From Candidatus Aenigmatarchaeota archaeon (GTDB lineage Archaea > Aenigmatarchaeota > Aenigmatarchaeia > CG10238-14 > SCSR01): a DNA stretch of 64,000 nt. Location: NCBI GenBank assembly GCA_039000165.1, contig JAWBTW010000005.1:981-64980 (forward strand). Reading direction: 5' to 3'. Numbering within the stretch: position 1 is the first letter of the stretch; every line of letters starts with the position of its first letter. Under the pieces are notes generated by a model, which saw only the letters and a list, made by a program, of their open reading frames with translations, was not told where the DNA came from and did no database searches. A program made the position numbers and the translations under genes. Shown in pieces: positions 19,045 to 27,996 of this stretch.

Positions 19045-20368
19045 TTACTTCCCTTAATTTCTTTTTTATCATTCTCGAATATTTTTTTATAAGTTCTTTC
19101 AATCTTTTTTTATTCCTTGCTTCAACACATAAGTTTATTTCGGGCATAGTTTGGCTTGCTCTAATTAAAACCCATTCTGTTTCGTTAAGTTCTATTTTAA
19201 TACCGTCCATAAGATTTAAAGCGTTCGGAAATTCAAGCTTTATTCTTTCTATCACTTTTATCTTTTTTTCATCGTTTCCAGCGTTTATGTACAACTTTTC
19301 TGTAGGGTTCAACTTAATTTTATCCACAAAGTAGGAAAGCTTCTTTTTGCTTTTTTTCAATATTTTTGCCATAAGTAAAGTAGCAAGTATTCCGTCAGAG
19401 AATGGATAAAATTCGTTAAAGTAAAAGTGGGAACTTTCTTCTCCTCCAAAGATTGCCTTTTCTTCTATACATTTTCTTTCTATAAAGCCATGACCGACCC
19501 TCCACCATATCACTTTTCCACCCATACCTTCTACTATTTTTTTCAATGTGCTTGAGCAGTCTGCCGTGAGAATTATTTTTCCTTTCTTCTTTTTTAGAAG
19601 ACTTTTTACAAAAATCGCGCTTGTTAAACTTCCGTTAAGTTCCCTTCCTTTATCGTCTACAAAAATGCTTCTATCAGCGTCACCATCAAAAGCAACTCCA
19701 AAAAGAGCTCTTTCTCTTTTTACAGTTTTCTTTAAAAGTTCTAAGTTTTTTCCTTTTGGTTCTGGCCTTTCGAAACCGTAAAAGTTTCCATCTGGGTTTT
19801 CATGCAAACCTACAACTTCTAGTCCAAAACTTTTAAAAATCGAACTTGCTACAGTGCCTGCTCCCCCAAAAAATTCAGCAACTATTTTTCCTTCAACCTT
19901 CCCGATTTTCTCACTTAAAAAACTTTTGTAACTCTCTAATGCATTTTTGTCTTCTTTAACTTCACCATTTCCTTCTAAAAATTTTTCTGAATCGAAGATT
20001 TTTTCAACTTCTTTTATTTCTTCAAGAAAGCTTGTTCCATCTGGTTTAATTAGTTTAAAGCCATTCCACTCTTTTGGGTTGTGACTGGCTGTTATTATGC
20101 AACCAAAAATTTTGTTCTTCCAAGCATAGAAATAAGCTACAGGGTTTGGAACCATGCCTAATGAAATAACTTTACACCCTGTAGAAGCTAAACCCGAAGA
20201 AAATTTTTCAAAAAGAGTTGGGGAAGAAGCTCTAGTATCGTATCCTACTGCAATAGTTTCTCTTCCTTTTAAAAAAGTTCCTAAAGCTTTACCTACTTTA
20301 AAAGCAATTTCATCGTTTAAGTCTTTCCCGTATACTCCACGAATATCGTAAGCTCTAAAGATTCCCAT
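19037..20368 (-). CDS. Phosphomannomutase/phosphoglucomutase
   Basis: FRAYDIRG, TASHNP, FDGDADR, GGEESSH; likely start at MGIFRAY (ATG 20368). Confidence 0.93.
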   Translation of the reverse strand: MGIFRAYDIRGVYGKDLNDEIAFKVGKALGTFLKGRETIAVGYDTRASSPTLFEKFSSGLASTGCKVISLGMVPNPVAYFYAWKNKIFGCIITASHNPKEWNGFKLIKPDGTSFLEEIKEVEKIFDSEKFLEGNGEVKEDKNALESYKSFLSEKIGKVEGKIVAEFFGGAGTVASSIFKSFGLEVVGLHENPDGNFYGFERPEPKGKNLELLKKTVKRERALFGVAFDGDADRSIFVDDKGRELNGSLTSAIFVKSLLKKKKGKIILTADCSSTLKKIVEGMGGKVIWWRVGHGFIERKCIEEKAIFGGEESSHFYFNEFYPFSDGILATLLMAKILKKSKKKLSYFVDKIKLNPTEKLYINAGNDEKKIKVIERIKLEFPNALNLMDGIKIELNETEWVLIRASQTMPEINLCVEARNKKRLKELIKKYSRMIKKKLREVNG

Positions 20369-20411
20369 ATAATTTAAGTATAGAGACAATAAAATAATTT
20401 TTAAGGTTTAT

Positions 20412-21932
20412 ATGAAAGAAAACGAGATTCTCCCAGGTTTAGAAAATTTGATAATGGTTACCCCTGAACTAAAAAGCTTTAAGTCGAAAGTTGGTGGTTT
20501 AGGTGATGTGGCAGAGGAACTTAGTAAGGCTTTAGCAGATTTAGGAATTAAAGTTACTGTTGTTAGCATTCTTTACAAAAAAACCAGGAAAGAAGTGGAA
20601 GAAAACGGAAGAATTGTCATAAAGACTTTCGATTTAGATTATTCTGATCTATCGATAGAAGATACAGGGAAGGAAGTTGAGGTTGAAGTGGCAGGAGAGA
20701 AAGTAGTAGCAAGAATAAAGAAATCAAAAGTTGGAAAAGCAGACGTGATTTTTCTTGAAAACGGAAAGTATGGGGAATTGGTTTACGGAGGAGATTTGCT
20801 TAAACAAGCAATTTTCTTAGGAAGAGGGACTTTAGAAGCCCTAAGAGTTATGGGGATTAGACCGACAATAATTCATATGCACGATGGTCTAACAGGATTG
20901 GTTACTTTTCTTAGAACTGATGAAAGGTATTCAAAGGATGAATTTCTCAACAAGGCTAAGCTAGTTTTCACTGTACACAATGCAGGTTATGCTTATCAAC
21001 AAATTTTTGATGCTAGTAGGTTTGATGAACTTGGGATAGATAGAATTCACTGGGATGGTATAGTCTGGAATGGTAAGATTAACTTAACTTATGCAGCACT
21101 TTTCCATTGCCAAAAGTGCAATACAGTAAGCAAAGATTATGCTTTAACCCTAAGAAGCGATGGCGAAGGTCTAGGACCTATGTTTAGAAAAAAGGATATA
21201 ATAGGGATAGTTAACGGAATTGATGTAGACTACTGGAAAATAAAAAGAGATAAAAGGGAAGCAAAGCTAGAATTAGTTAAAGTTATGAAAAAATATGGTG
21301 CAAACCTTAACCCGAACAAATTCACGATAGTAATTCCAAGGCGAATAAGTTACCAGAAGGGTTGGGATACAGTTATCAAGATTATAAGAGAGATAGTAAA
21401 AGAAAGAAGCGAAGGTGGTTTAGGAGCTCAATTCATAGTTCTAGGAAGAGCTCACGAGAACGATTCCCTAGGACAAGAATGGGTAAGAGAACTTAAAAAA
21501 TTGTCAAAGGAATTGAAAAATTTCGTTTTCATCAACACTTTCGACCAGTCTTTAGCAAAGCTAATGTATGAAGGTGGTGATCTCTTACTCTACCCTTCTC
21601 TTCCTGAAAAAGAACCTTGTGGTACTGGTTATATGATAGCTTTGGTAAACATGACTCCAACGGTAGGAACTGATACTGGTGGTATAGTAGAAGTTATAGA
21701 GGAATTTGATCCAGAAACCTTGAAAGGAAACGGTTTTAAAGTTCCTAAGAAAGAGTACTCACCAGAAGCCTTCTACGCAAAAATTTCTAAGGCTATGGAA
21801 ATATTCCTCTTTTATCCTCAAAAATGGAAAAAGCTCATGGAAAATTGTATGAACACTGATGTAAGCATGGAAAAAGTTGCAAAAGAATATGTTTACAAAG
21901 TTTACAAACCTGTTCTTGAGACAGAAATTTAA
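20412..21932 (+). CDS. glgA: Glycogen/starch synthase (GT5)
   Basis: KVGGLGDV nucleotide-sugar-binding motif, FTVHN, NGID, QKG, EPCG, TGG. Confidence 0.9.
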   Translation: MKENEILPGLENLIMVTPELKSFKSKVGGLGDVAEELSKALADLGIKVTVVSILYKKTRKEVEENGRIVIKTFDLDYSDLSIEDTGKEVEVEVAGEKVVARIKKSKVGKADVIFLENGKYGELVYGGDLLKQAIFLGRGTLEALRVMGIRPTIIHMHDGLTGLVTFLRTDERYSKDEFLNKAKLVFTVHNAGYAYQQIFDASRFDELGIDRIHWDGIVWNGKINLTYAALFHCQKCNTVSKDYALTLRSDGEGLGPMFRKKDIIGIVNGIDVDYWKIKRDKREAKLELVKVMKKYGANLNPNKFTIVIPRRISYQKGWDTVIKIIREIVKERSEGGLGAQFIVLGRAHENDSLGQEWVRELKKLSKELKNFVFINTFDQSLAKLMYEGGDLLLYPSLPEKEPCGTGYMIALVNMTPTVGTDTGGIVEVIEEFDPETLKGNGFKVPKKEYSPEAFYAKISKAMEIFLFYPQKWKKLMENCMNTDVSMEKVAKEYVYKVYKPVLETEI

Positions 21933-21955
21933 TTTATTAAACAAAAATAGAATTT

Positions 21956-23200
21956 ATGAGAATTGCAATATTTTGCTGGGAATTCTATCCGAGGCTTGTG
22001 GGTGGTCTAGGAACTTATGCTGTTGAAATTTCAAAAAAATTTAAGGAAATGGGAAATGAGGTAACAGTTTTCACATTAAACGACGGAACTTTAAAAACTA
22101 AAGAAGAATGGAATGGTATAGAGATCCATAGACCATTGATACTTGACGTTAGCGATATTTTCCCTTTTATAGTTACTGAAGACTTAAAAAAATGGGGAAC
22201 TTCGATAAAACTTTTTTCTGACATTTTTGCTTACAACTTGCTTTCAGCAACAAAGTTTGTGAATTTTTGTATAAAAAAAGAGAAAAGAAAGTTTGACATT
22301 GTAGCAATTCATGATTGGCTTTCTTCAATTACCGGTTTAGCCATAAGAAAAGATTTGGAAAAAATTCCGATAATTTTTCATCTTCACTCTGTAGAGGAGC
22401 AAAGAAGCCTAGGCTCAGGTTCAGAGGTTGTAAAATATCTTGAAAGAACGATGGCACAAAAAGCCGATAAAATAATTACTGTTTCGAATTCTATGAAAGA
22501 GTTTTTAATCAAGCTTGGTTATCCTCAGCAAAAAATAGTCGTGTGCTATAATGGTTGTGATCCAGAAAAGTACGACCCAAAAAAAGTGAAGAAAGAAAAA
22601 TTGGAAAAATTGAGAGAGTATTACGGAATAAAAGAAGGAGAAAAAGTGATATTTTTTATAGGAAGGTTAACTTGGGTAAAAGGGGTAAGAAACCTTATAA
22701 AGGCTATGCCAATTGTTCTAAAAGATTTTCCCGAATCTAAGCTAATAGTTCTTGGTAAAGGTGAAGAATATTCTGAGCTTGTAGAACTTTCAAAAAAGCT
22801 TGGTATTAGCGACAAAGTAAAAATTCGCTCAGAATGGGTTTCTGAAGAAGAAAGGATTTTACACTACGCTTTAGCTGATGTTTGTGTTTTTCCCAGCATC
22901 AGCGAGCCTTTTGGAATAGTAAGTTTAGAGGCTATGGCTATGGAAAAGCCTGTAGTAGTAGGGGCAGCAGGAGTTTCTGGTTTAAGAGAGCAAGTAATTC
23001 CTTCGGGTAAAGATAGAACAGGAACTCATGTGAACGGAGAAATTCCAGAAGATATTGCTTGGGGAATAAAGGAAACTTTTAAGAATTTTGAGGAAGCAAA
23101 AAAATGGGGAAAAAATGGAAGAAAAAGAGTTCTAAAAGAATTCACATGGGAAATTGCTGCTAAAAATACTTTGAAAGTTTATGAAGCTTTGGTGAAATAA
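21956..23200 (+). CDS. GT4 glycosyltransferase (glycogen synthase-like paralog)
   Basis: VGGLGTY, HDWL, GRLTWVKG, EPFGIVSLEAMA. Confidence 0.9.
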   Translation: MRIAIFCWEFYPRLVGGLGTYAVEISKKFKEMGNEVTVFTLNDGTLKTKEEWNGIEIHRPLILDVSDIFPFIVTEDLKKWGTSIKLFSDIFAYNLLSATKFVNFCIKKEKRKFDIVAIHDWLSSITGLAIRKDLEKIPIIFHLHSVEEQRSLGSGSEVVKYLERTMAQKADKIITVSNSMKEFLIKLGYPQQKIVVCYNGCDPEKYDPKKVKKEKLEKLREYYGIKEGEKVIFFIGRLTWVKGVRNLIKAMPIVLKDFPESKLIVLGKGEEYSELVELSKKLGISDKVKIRSEWVSEEERILHYALADVCVFPSISEPFGIVSLEAMAMEKPVVVGAAGVSGLREQVIPSGKDRTGTHVNGEIPEDIAWGIKETFKNFEEAKKWGKNGRKRVLKEFTWEIAAKNTLKVYEALVK

Positions 23201-23201
23201 C

Positions 23202-23264
23202 TCACCAATCTTCTTCCTCTTCTTCTTCAAAATCTTCTAGCGGGTCCCACCAATCTTCTTCCAT
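23202..23264 (-). CDS. Putative 20-aa acidic Trp-rich micropeptide MEEDWWDPLEDFEEEEEEDW
   Basis: ATG to TGA open frame; GAGGT SD 6 nt upstream (23271-23275); abuts the stop of the convergent GT4 gene. Confidence 0.55.
   Translation of the reverse strand: MEEDWWDPLEDFEEEEEEDW
23203..23262. repeat. Perfect 15-bp direct repeat CACCAATCTTCTTCC x2 (23203-23217, 23248-23262) with a 30-bp spacer
   Basis: Read directly; encodes the EEDW unit at both ends of the micropeptide. Confidence 0.9.
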
Positions 23265-23294
23265 TTTTTTACCTCAAGTTAAATTTTCATCCTG

Positions 23295-23328
23295 ATAAAT
23301 TATAAATAATTAAATATAAATAATTTAT
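23295..23328. promoter_or_regulatory. Divergent AT-rich promoter with inverted repeat ATAAATTAT-N16-ATAATTTAT and direct repeat TATAAATAATT x2
   Basis: Repeats read directly between the micropeptide and RHH genes; operator role is inferred. Confidence 0.4.
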
Positions 23329-23338
23329 TATTGAGAGG

Positions 23339-23467
23339 ATGGCTTCGCTAGCAGTTGACGACGAGCTTCACAGAAGACTTAAGGTGAAATGTTCAGAGAT
23401 GGGTTTGAAGATAAAAGATGTGGTCAACCAACTAATAGCAGAATGGCTCAAAAAGCATGAAAAATAA
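23339..23467 (+). CDS. Ribbon-helix-helix DNA-binding protein (ParG/CopG-like), 42 aa, not in the ORF track
   Basis: Manual translation MASLAVDDELHRRLKVKCSEMGLKIKDVVNQLIAEWLKKHEK*: strand, helix, G turn, helix ending in EWL. Confidence 0.8.
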   Translation: MASLAVDDELHRRLKVKCSEMGLKIKDVVNQLIAEWLKKHEK

Positions 23468-23497
23468 ACTATTTTTAGCCTAAAAACAAAATAAAAA

Positions 23498-24274
23498 TTG
23501 ATAGGTTTGAGAAAGATAGGAATAATTTCTGGTAAGGGTGGAGTAGGTAAAACTACTCTAGTTGCAAACTTAGGTTTAGCCCTAAGAGAATTTGACAGAA
23601 ACGTTGCGATAGTTGATTGTAATTTAACCACTGCCCATTTGGGTTTTCATTTTGGCTTTTTTTATTTCCCCAAAACAATAAACAACGTTTTAAGAGGGGA
23701 AGCAAAGATAGAAGAAGCAATATGTTACCATCCTTCCGGTCTTAAGATAATTCCAGCCTCTTTATCCTTAGATGATATCGTTGAAGTTAACATAAGCACA
23801 TTGAAATATTTCCTAAACGAGCTTAAAGATGTTGAGATCTTGCTTTTAGATTCTGCTCCAGGTTTTGGAAGAGAAGCTATTAGCGTTTTGAACGCAAGCG
23901 ATGAAGTAATTTTCATAACTAACCCAAACATAAGTGCAGTTTCGGATATAGAAAGAGCTTACACAATAGTCAAAGAGCTTGACCTAATTCCTTTAGGTAT
24001 AGTTTTAAACATGGTTAAAAATGAACCTTACGAGCTTTCAGCTAAAGATGTGGAAGAGCTTACAGGGATTCCTGTAATAGCTACAATTCCCTACGATAAA
24101 AACATAGAGAAAAGCCTTATGTTGGGAAAACCAATAGTTGGAATAAGTAAATATTCTCCTTCAGCAATAGCGTTTAGAAAGTTAGCAGCAGAAATTTTAG
24201 GTGAAAGATATTCACCACCAAAAGCAAGAATTTTTTCCAGAATTTACGAATATTTTAAATTGCACTTTTCGTGA
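23498..24274 (+). CDS. minD: MinD/ParA-family ATPase (archaeal MinD type)
   Basis: Deviant Walker A SGKGGVGKTT, VDCNL, LDSAPG, GIVLN, IPYD; amphipathic C-terminus IFSRIYEYF. Confidence 0.88.
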   Translation: MIGLRKIGIISGKGGVGKTTLVANLGLALREFDRNVAIVDCNLTTAHLGFHFGFFYFPKTINNVLRGEAKIEEAICYHPSGLKIIPASLSLDDIVEVNISTLKYFLNELKDVEILLLDSAPGFGREAISVLNASDEVIFITNPNISAVSDIERAYTIVKELDLIPLGIVLNMVKNEPYELSAKDVEELTGIPVIATIPYDKNIEKSLMLGKPIVGISKYSPSAIAFRKLAAEILGERYSPPKARIFSRIYEYFKLHFS

Positions 24275-24312
24275 AAAACTTTTTGAATATTAACTTCAAT
24301 AATTTAAGAATT

Positions 24313-24630
24313 ATGGAGCTTGAAATCTTGGAAGAAAGAGAAAATCCATTTTTTGGAAGGAAAGAGGTAAAGGTAAGAATAATTCATGAAAAAGCTCCAA
24401 CCCCTTCTAGACAAGAACTAAAAAAAGAGCTAGCTTCAAGGTATTCAGTTCCAGAAGATAACATTATTTTGGATTATATCCTGAGTAAAAAATGGTTAAA
24501 TGAAGCGGTAGCAAAAGCAAAAATTTATAAAGAAGCGCCAAAAATTAAAGAAAAGATAACCGAGAAGAAAGAAGTTAAGGAAGAGAAAAAGGAGGAAAAA
24601 AATGAAGCACAAACCAGTGAAGCAAAGTGA
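24313..24630 (+). CDS. rps24e: 30S ribosomal protein S24e
   Basis: ERENPFFGRKE, TPSR, AKIY; start at ATG 24313; paired with S27ae. Confidence 0.9.
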   Translation: MELEILEERENPFFGRKEVKVRIIHEKAPTPSRQELKKELASRYSVPEDNIILDYILSKKWLNEAVAKAKIYKEAPKIKEKITEKKEVKEEKKEEKNEAQTSEAK

Positions 24631-24772
24631 TTACTATAAAATAGAAGGAAATAAAGTGATAAGGTTGAGAAGAACTTGCCCAAAATGTGGAGACTCTTGG
24701 CTTGCTTATCACGAAAACAGATATTATTGCGGAAGATGTGGATATACAGAACTTAAATTAAATAAGACCTAA
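24602..24772 (+). CDS. rps27ae: 30S ribosomal protein S27ae (eS31), not in the ORF track
   Basis: Manual translation MKHKPVKQSDYYKIEGNKVIRLRRTCPKCGDSWLAYHENRYYCGRCGYTELKLNKT*. Confidence 0.95.
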   Translation: MKHKPVKQSDYYKIEGNKVIRLRRTCPKCGDSWLAYHENRYYCGRCGYTELKLNKT

Positions 24773-25435
24773 GGCTTCTGATATTCTTGCAAATTCCGGC
24801 CCGCTCGTTAATCCTCCTATTACTGCTCCATTACTGTTAGCAAAACCACAAGCCCCTAAAAAAGGCGAACCAAAATTTGCTGTTCCTACATCAACGCTTA
24901 CTTTTAAAACTTCTTCGGCAGTTTTAATCTCTTCTTCATTTGCGTCTCTATGAATTATACAACCTTTGTTCGTTGCTATACCACAAGTTCCTAAGGTTTT
25001 AATTCCTGCTATGCTTAAGTATTCGCATTCCACGCCTAACAAATCCTCGATCTTTTCCTTTTCTTTTCTGGAGAAAAGTTTACTTACCAAAGCACCATTA
25101 TCATTACACAATATTAGATTACCCAGGGCTGTGAACTTTGTTTTAATGATTCCAAAGTTAATGCCCAATTCCTTTCCCAATTCCTTTAAAGAGTTAAGTT
25201 CCTTTTCAGTCAAAATTTTTGGCAAAACTATTCCCTTAGAGTTAAAAGAGCAAAATATCCCAACTAAGTCTGTTCTGGCTAGAGTTATAGGATAAACTTT
25301 TACCTTAAGAAATTCTTCAATTTTTTTCTTAAGGTTTTGTGGAATGAAACTACCTAATAGACAAAACTTGTCACAAGCTTTTCCGTATATCCCTAAGTTA
25401 TAATCCCCAAAAAAATTTGTTTGAAGAATTTTCAT
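24758..25435 (-). CDS. eif6: Translation initiation factor aIF6
   Basis: ALGNLILCNDNGALV, ATNKG, GTANFGSPFLG, TSGPE; follows L31e. Confidence 0.95.
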   Translation of the reverse strand: MKILQTNFFGDYNLGIYGKACDKFCLLGSFIPQNLKKKIEEFLKVKVYPITLARTDLVGIFCSFNSKGIVLPKILTEKELNSLKELGKELGINFGIIKTKFTALGNLILCNDNGALVSKLFSRKEKEKIEDLLGVECEYLSIAGIKTLGTCGIATNKGCIIHRDANEEEIKTAEEVLKVSVDVGTANFGSPFLGACGFANSNGAVIGGLTSGPEFARISEALGLI

Positions 25436-25439
25436 TTTT

Positions 25440-25685
25440 TTAACCCATCATTTCAACTTTTGAAGTTTTTTCATCAATTCTAGATACCTTAACTCTTATC
25501 TTTGTTGAAGGTTTCGTGCTCGAAAAGATTTTCTTGCTTAAGGAACTATCTATTTTTATTTTTTCAGTCTTACAAATTCTTTTGAGTTTTTTCCTTAAAA
25601 TTCTCATCGCTGCTTTTTTCCTTTTCCAAACTGGAGCCTTTAACAATTTCTTCCTTATGTTTATCGTTACTATTTTTTCTTCCAT
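25440..25685 (-). CDS. rpl31e: 50S ribosomal protein L31e
   Basis: EKIVTINIR, PVWKR..AA, IKID..L, KIRV; L39e-L31e-aIF6 order. Confidence 0.88.
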   Translation of the reverse strand: MEEKIVTINIRKKLLKAPVWKRKKAAMRILRKKLKRICKTEKIKIDSSLSKKIFSSTKPSTKIRVKVSRIDEKTSKVEMMG

Positions 25686-25686
25686 C

Positions 25687-25854
25687 CTAAACCCTTAGCC
25701 TAGTTCTTCTCCATCTTTTAATTTTATTAACGTCTATCCTTCTTGTTCTTGCCCTCTTAAGACCAAATTTCCTTATGTCAGCCCATCTTGGCGCCATTTT
25801 TATTTTCCTTATTCTCCCTAACTTTACTTTTTTTGATAAACTTTTTATTCCCAT
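25687..25854 (-). CDS. rpl39e: 50S ribosomal protein L39e (divergent), not in the ORF track
   Basis: Manual translation MGIKSLSKKVKLGRIRKIKMAPRWADIRKFGLKRARTRRIDVNKIKRWRRTRLRV*: KKxKL, PxW and WRRTxL motifs; position before L31e. Confidence 0.85.
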   Translation of the reverse strand: MGIKSLSKKVKLGRIRKIKMAPRWADIRKFGLKRARTRRIDVNKIKRWRRTRLRV

Positions 25855-25857
25855 GTT

Positions 25858-26616
25858 TTACACCAACTTTCTTATCTCTTTACTCTTTTCTCTAGCTATA
25901 TCAATCATTTTTACTATATCATTAAAGTCTAATTCTTTAAGTTGTTTTTGCATCGAGCATATTTTATCGTCATCCCTAACAGATATGCTAAGCTTTGAGT
26001 CTAGAATTTTTTCTTCTTCTATCGTAGGGTCTAAAAGAAAATTGTTTCCCACTTTACAAACTGTTATGTTTATTGGTTTAAAAACTACTGGCAGGTCTTT
26101 TTCAAATTCTTCTCTTATTATTTTTTCTCCTTCCACTTTTGGAATTCTTGTGTTATGTAAAGCAGCTACAGCTGCTAGTGCAGAAGCGTCCAAAAGGTTT
26201 CCTTTATCGTTTATTATGTGAATGTCAATAAAAACACACCAAACTTTTTCCCCTGGAGTAATACAGAGCTTATCCAATTCTATGCACTTTGATTCTCTTA
26301 TGCCTCTATCAACAACTCTTGCAAGCTCTATAGCATCTTCACCAGGTGGACCTACATCAAATTCTGGTGAAGCAAGTGGCGTAAACTCAGCATTCACAAC
26401 TAGCGTACCTTCTTCTGGAGTGTCAGGAAAAGGAGTGCCAAAATCCATCTTCACCCCAGCTATAACTTCTGTTTCACCAAGCCTTACTCTTGCAGAACCT
26501 TCTGCCTTCTTAATTATTCCTTTTTCAACTTCTATTTTTCTGAATTCGTCAAATTTTCTACCATCAATCCTTTTTCCTTTTTCTAAAAGTTCTAAAGCAT
26601 ACTTTTCTTCTATCAT
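25858..26616 (-). CDS. rrp42: Exosome subunit Rrp42
   Basis: GKRIDGRKFDEFR, AEGSA, PFPDTPEEG, ELARVVDRGIRES. Confidence 0.96.
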   Translation of the reverse strand: MIEEKYALELLEKGKRIDGRKFDEFRKIEVEKGIIKKAEGSARVRLGETEVIAGVKMDFGTPFPDTPEEGTLVVNAEFTPLASPEFDVGPPGEDAIELARVVDRGIRESKCIELDKLCITPGEKVWCVFIDIHIINDKGNLLDASALAAVAALHNTRIPKVEGEKIIREEFEKDLPVVFKPINITVCKVGNNFLLDPTIEEEKILDSKLSISVRDDDKICSMQKQLKELDFNDIVKMIDIAREKSKEIRKLV

Positions 26617-27326
26617 TCTACTCTCCTGTACTTTTCTTTTAAAACATTTCTTTGCATTTCATAAATTTTCTTACAGGCATTTCTTGCAAGTTCTAACAGC
26701 TTCTCTATTTCTTCTTTGGTTAAATTTCCATCCATTTGTAACAAAGTAACTTTGTTCTTAGAAGGCATCATGGCAAAAGCTAAATCAGCTTCGGAGTTTT
26801 TGTCTTCTTCCCCGTTCAAATCTAATATTAAAGTTCCATCAATCTTTCCAACAGAACATGCTGCAATCAAATCTTTCATTGGTACGCCAGCACTAGCTAG
26901 AGCTAAGGAGGCGGCATTAATTGCAGTTACTCTAGTTGAACCGTCTGCCTGAATTATTTCAACAAAAACATCTATCGTAGCTCTGGGGAAATCTTCAAGA
27001 AAAATTACAGGTTCTAAGGCAAGTCTTATAACTTTTGTTAACTCTATGCTTCTTCTATCAGGTCCTGGAGATTTTCTTTCATCGACAGAAAAAGGTGCCA
27101 TGTTATACCTACATCTAACTATACAAGTTTCTTGTTCTTGTAAATGTTTTGGAAAAAGGGCTCTTGGTCCGTAAACAGAGGCTATGGCTATGGTGTCGCC
27201 AAATCTTACCATGGCAGAACCGTCAGCCCTACTAACTACCCCAACTTTCATCTCTATAGGCCTTAGCTCTTCAGGTAGTCTGCCATCTATTCTTCTTCCA
27301 TTTTTAAGCAATTCCTTCTTTTTCAT
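26613..27326 (-). CDS. rrp41: Exosome exonuclease Rrp41
   Basis: RIDGRLPEELRP, YNMAPFS, PDRRSIE, QADGSTR phosphate-binding motif. Confidence 0.96.
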   Translation of the reverse strand: MKKKELLKNGRRIDGRLPEELRPIEMKVGVVSRADGSAMVRFGDTIAIASVYGPRALFPKHLQEQETCIVRCRYNMAPFSVDERKSPGPDRRSIELTKVIRLALEPVIFLEDFPRATIDVFVEIIQADGSTRVTAINAASLALASAGVPMKDLIAACSVGKIDGTLILDLNGEEDKNSEADLAFAMMPSKNKVTLLQMDGNLTKEEIEKLLELARNACKKIYEMQRNVLKEKYRRVE

Positions 27327-27327
27327 A

Positions 27328-27996
27328 TTACTCACTCAACATCTTTTCTATCTTCTCAGTAAGTCCTATTATATGGGATTCCTTTTCTATCTTTAAAATT
27401 GCTTCTATAGCTTTATCCTTTCTTTCACCTCTTAACCATATAACTCCGTTCTGCCCAACTACTATTTCACAACCAGTTTTCTTTTTGATTAGGTTTATCA
27501 TACTCCCCCCCTTTCCGATTATCCTTGGTACTTTTGTAGGAGTAACCTTTATTATCACTCCTTCTTTCAGTTTCTTGCAGCCAACATCCTTCATAGAAAC
27601 TTGTACTATCTTGTTTTTTGGAACTTTCAATATCTTACAGTAAATTATATCGTTTATGTCATAATACTTGCTCAAGTCAGTTCTAGAAATGTCTACAAAC
27701 TCTTCCACACCTTCACCTAAGGGCAAGAAAGCAGCATAAGGAGAATTTATATCAACTCCCCAGCCTGATATTTCAACCTCAGAAATGATTCCGATAACTT
27801 TTTGTCCAACTTTTGGAACATAAGCCCCTGCAAGAGGGATAACAGATATTTCATTCTCCTCTATTTTTGGTATCCCTAAAACTTTTGAGTAAACTTTTTC
27901 TCCTTCCAGATAAACTCCTCTTCCTATTTTTCTTCCGTTTCTTTCAGCGATAAATTCTCCTGGTAAGACAATTTCCATAACATTTTTCTCGTTCAT
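27328..27996 (-). CDS. rrp4: Exosome RNA-binding protein Rrp4
   Basis: IVLPGE, S1 domain, KVPRIIGKGGSM KH motif, VGQNGVIW. Confidence 0.95.
   Translation of the reverse strand: MNEKNVMEIVLPGEFIAERNGRKIGRGVYLEGEKVYSKVLGIPKIEENEISVIPLAGAYVPKVGQKVIGIISEVEISGWGVDINSPYAAFLPLGEGVEEFVDISRTDLSKYYDINDIIYCKILKVPKNKIVQVSMKDVGCKKLKEGVIIKVTPTKVPRIIGKGGSMINLIKKKTGCEIVVGQNGVIWLRGERKDKAIEAILKIEKESHIIGLTEKIEKMLSE

Noticed and set aside
23203..23262. Mini CRISPR array (repeat, 30-nt spacer, repeat)
   Set aside because: The repeat is only 15 bp with two copies, the spacer is low-complexity, and there are no cas genes; the peptide reading frame explains it better.
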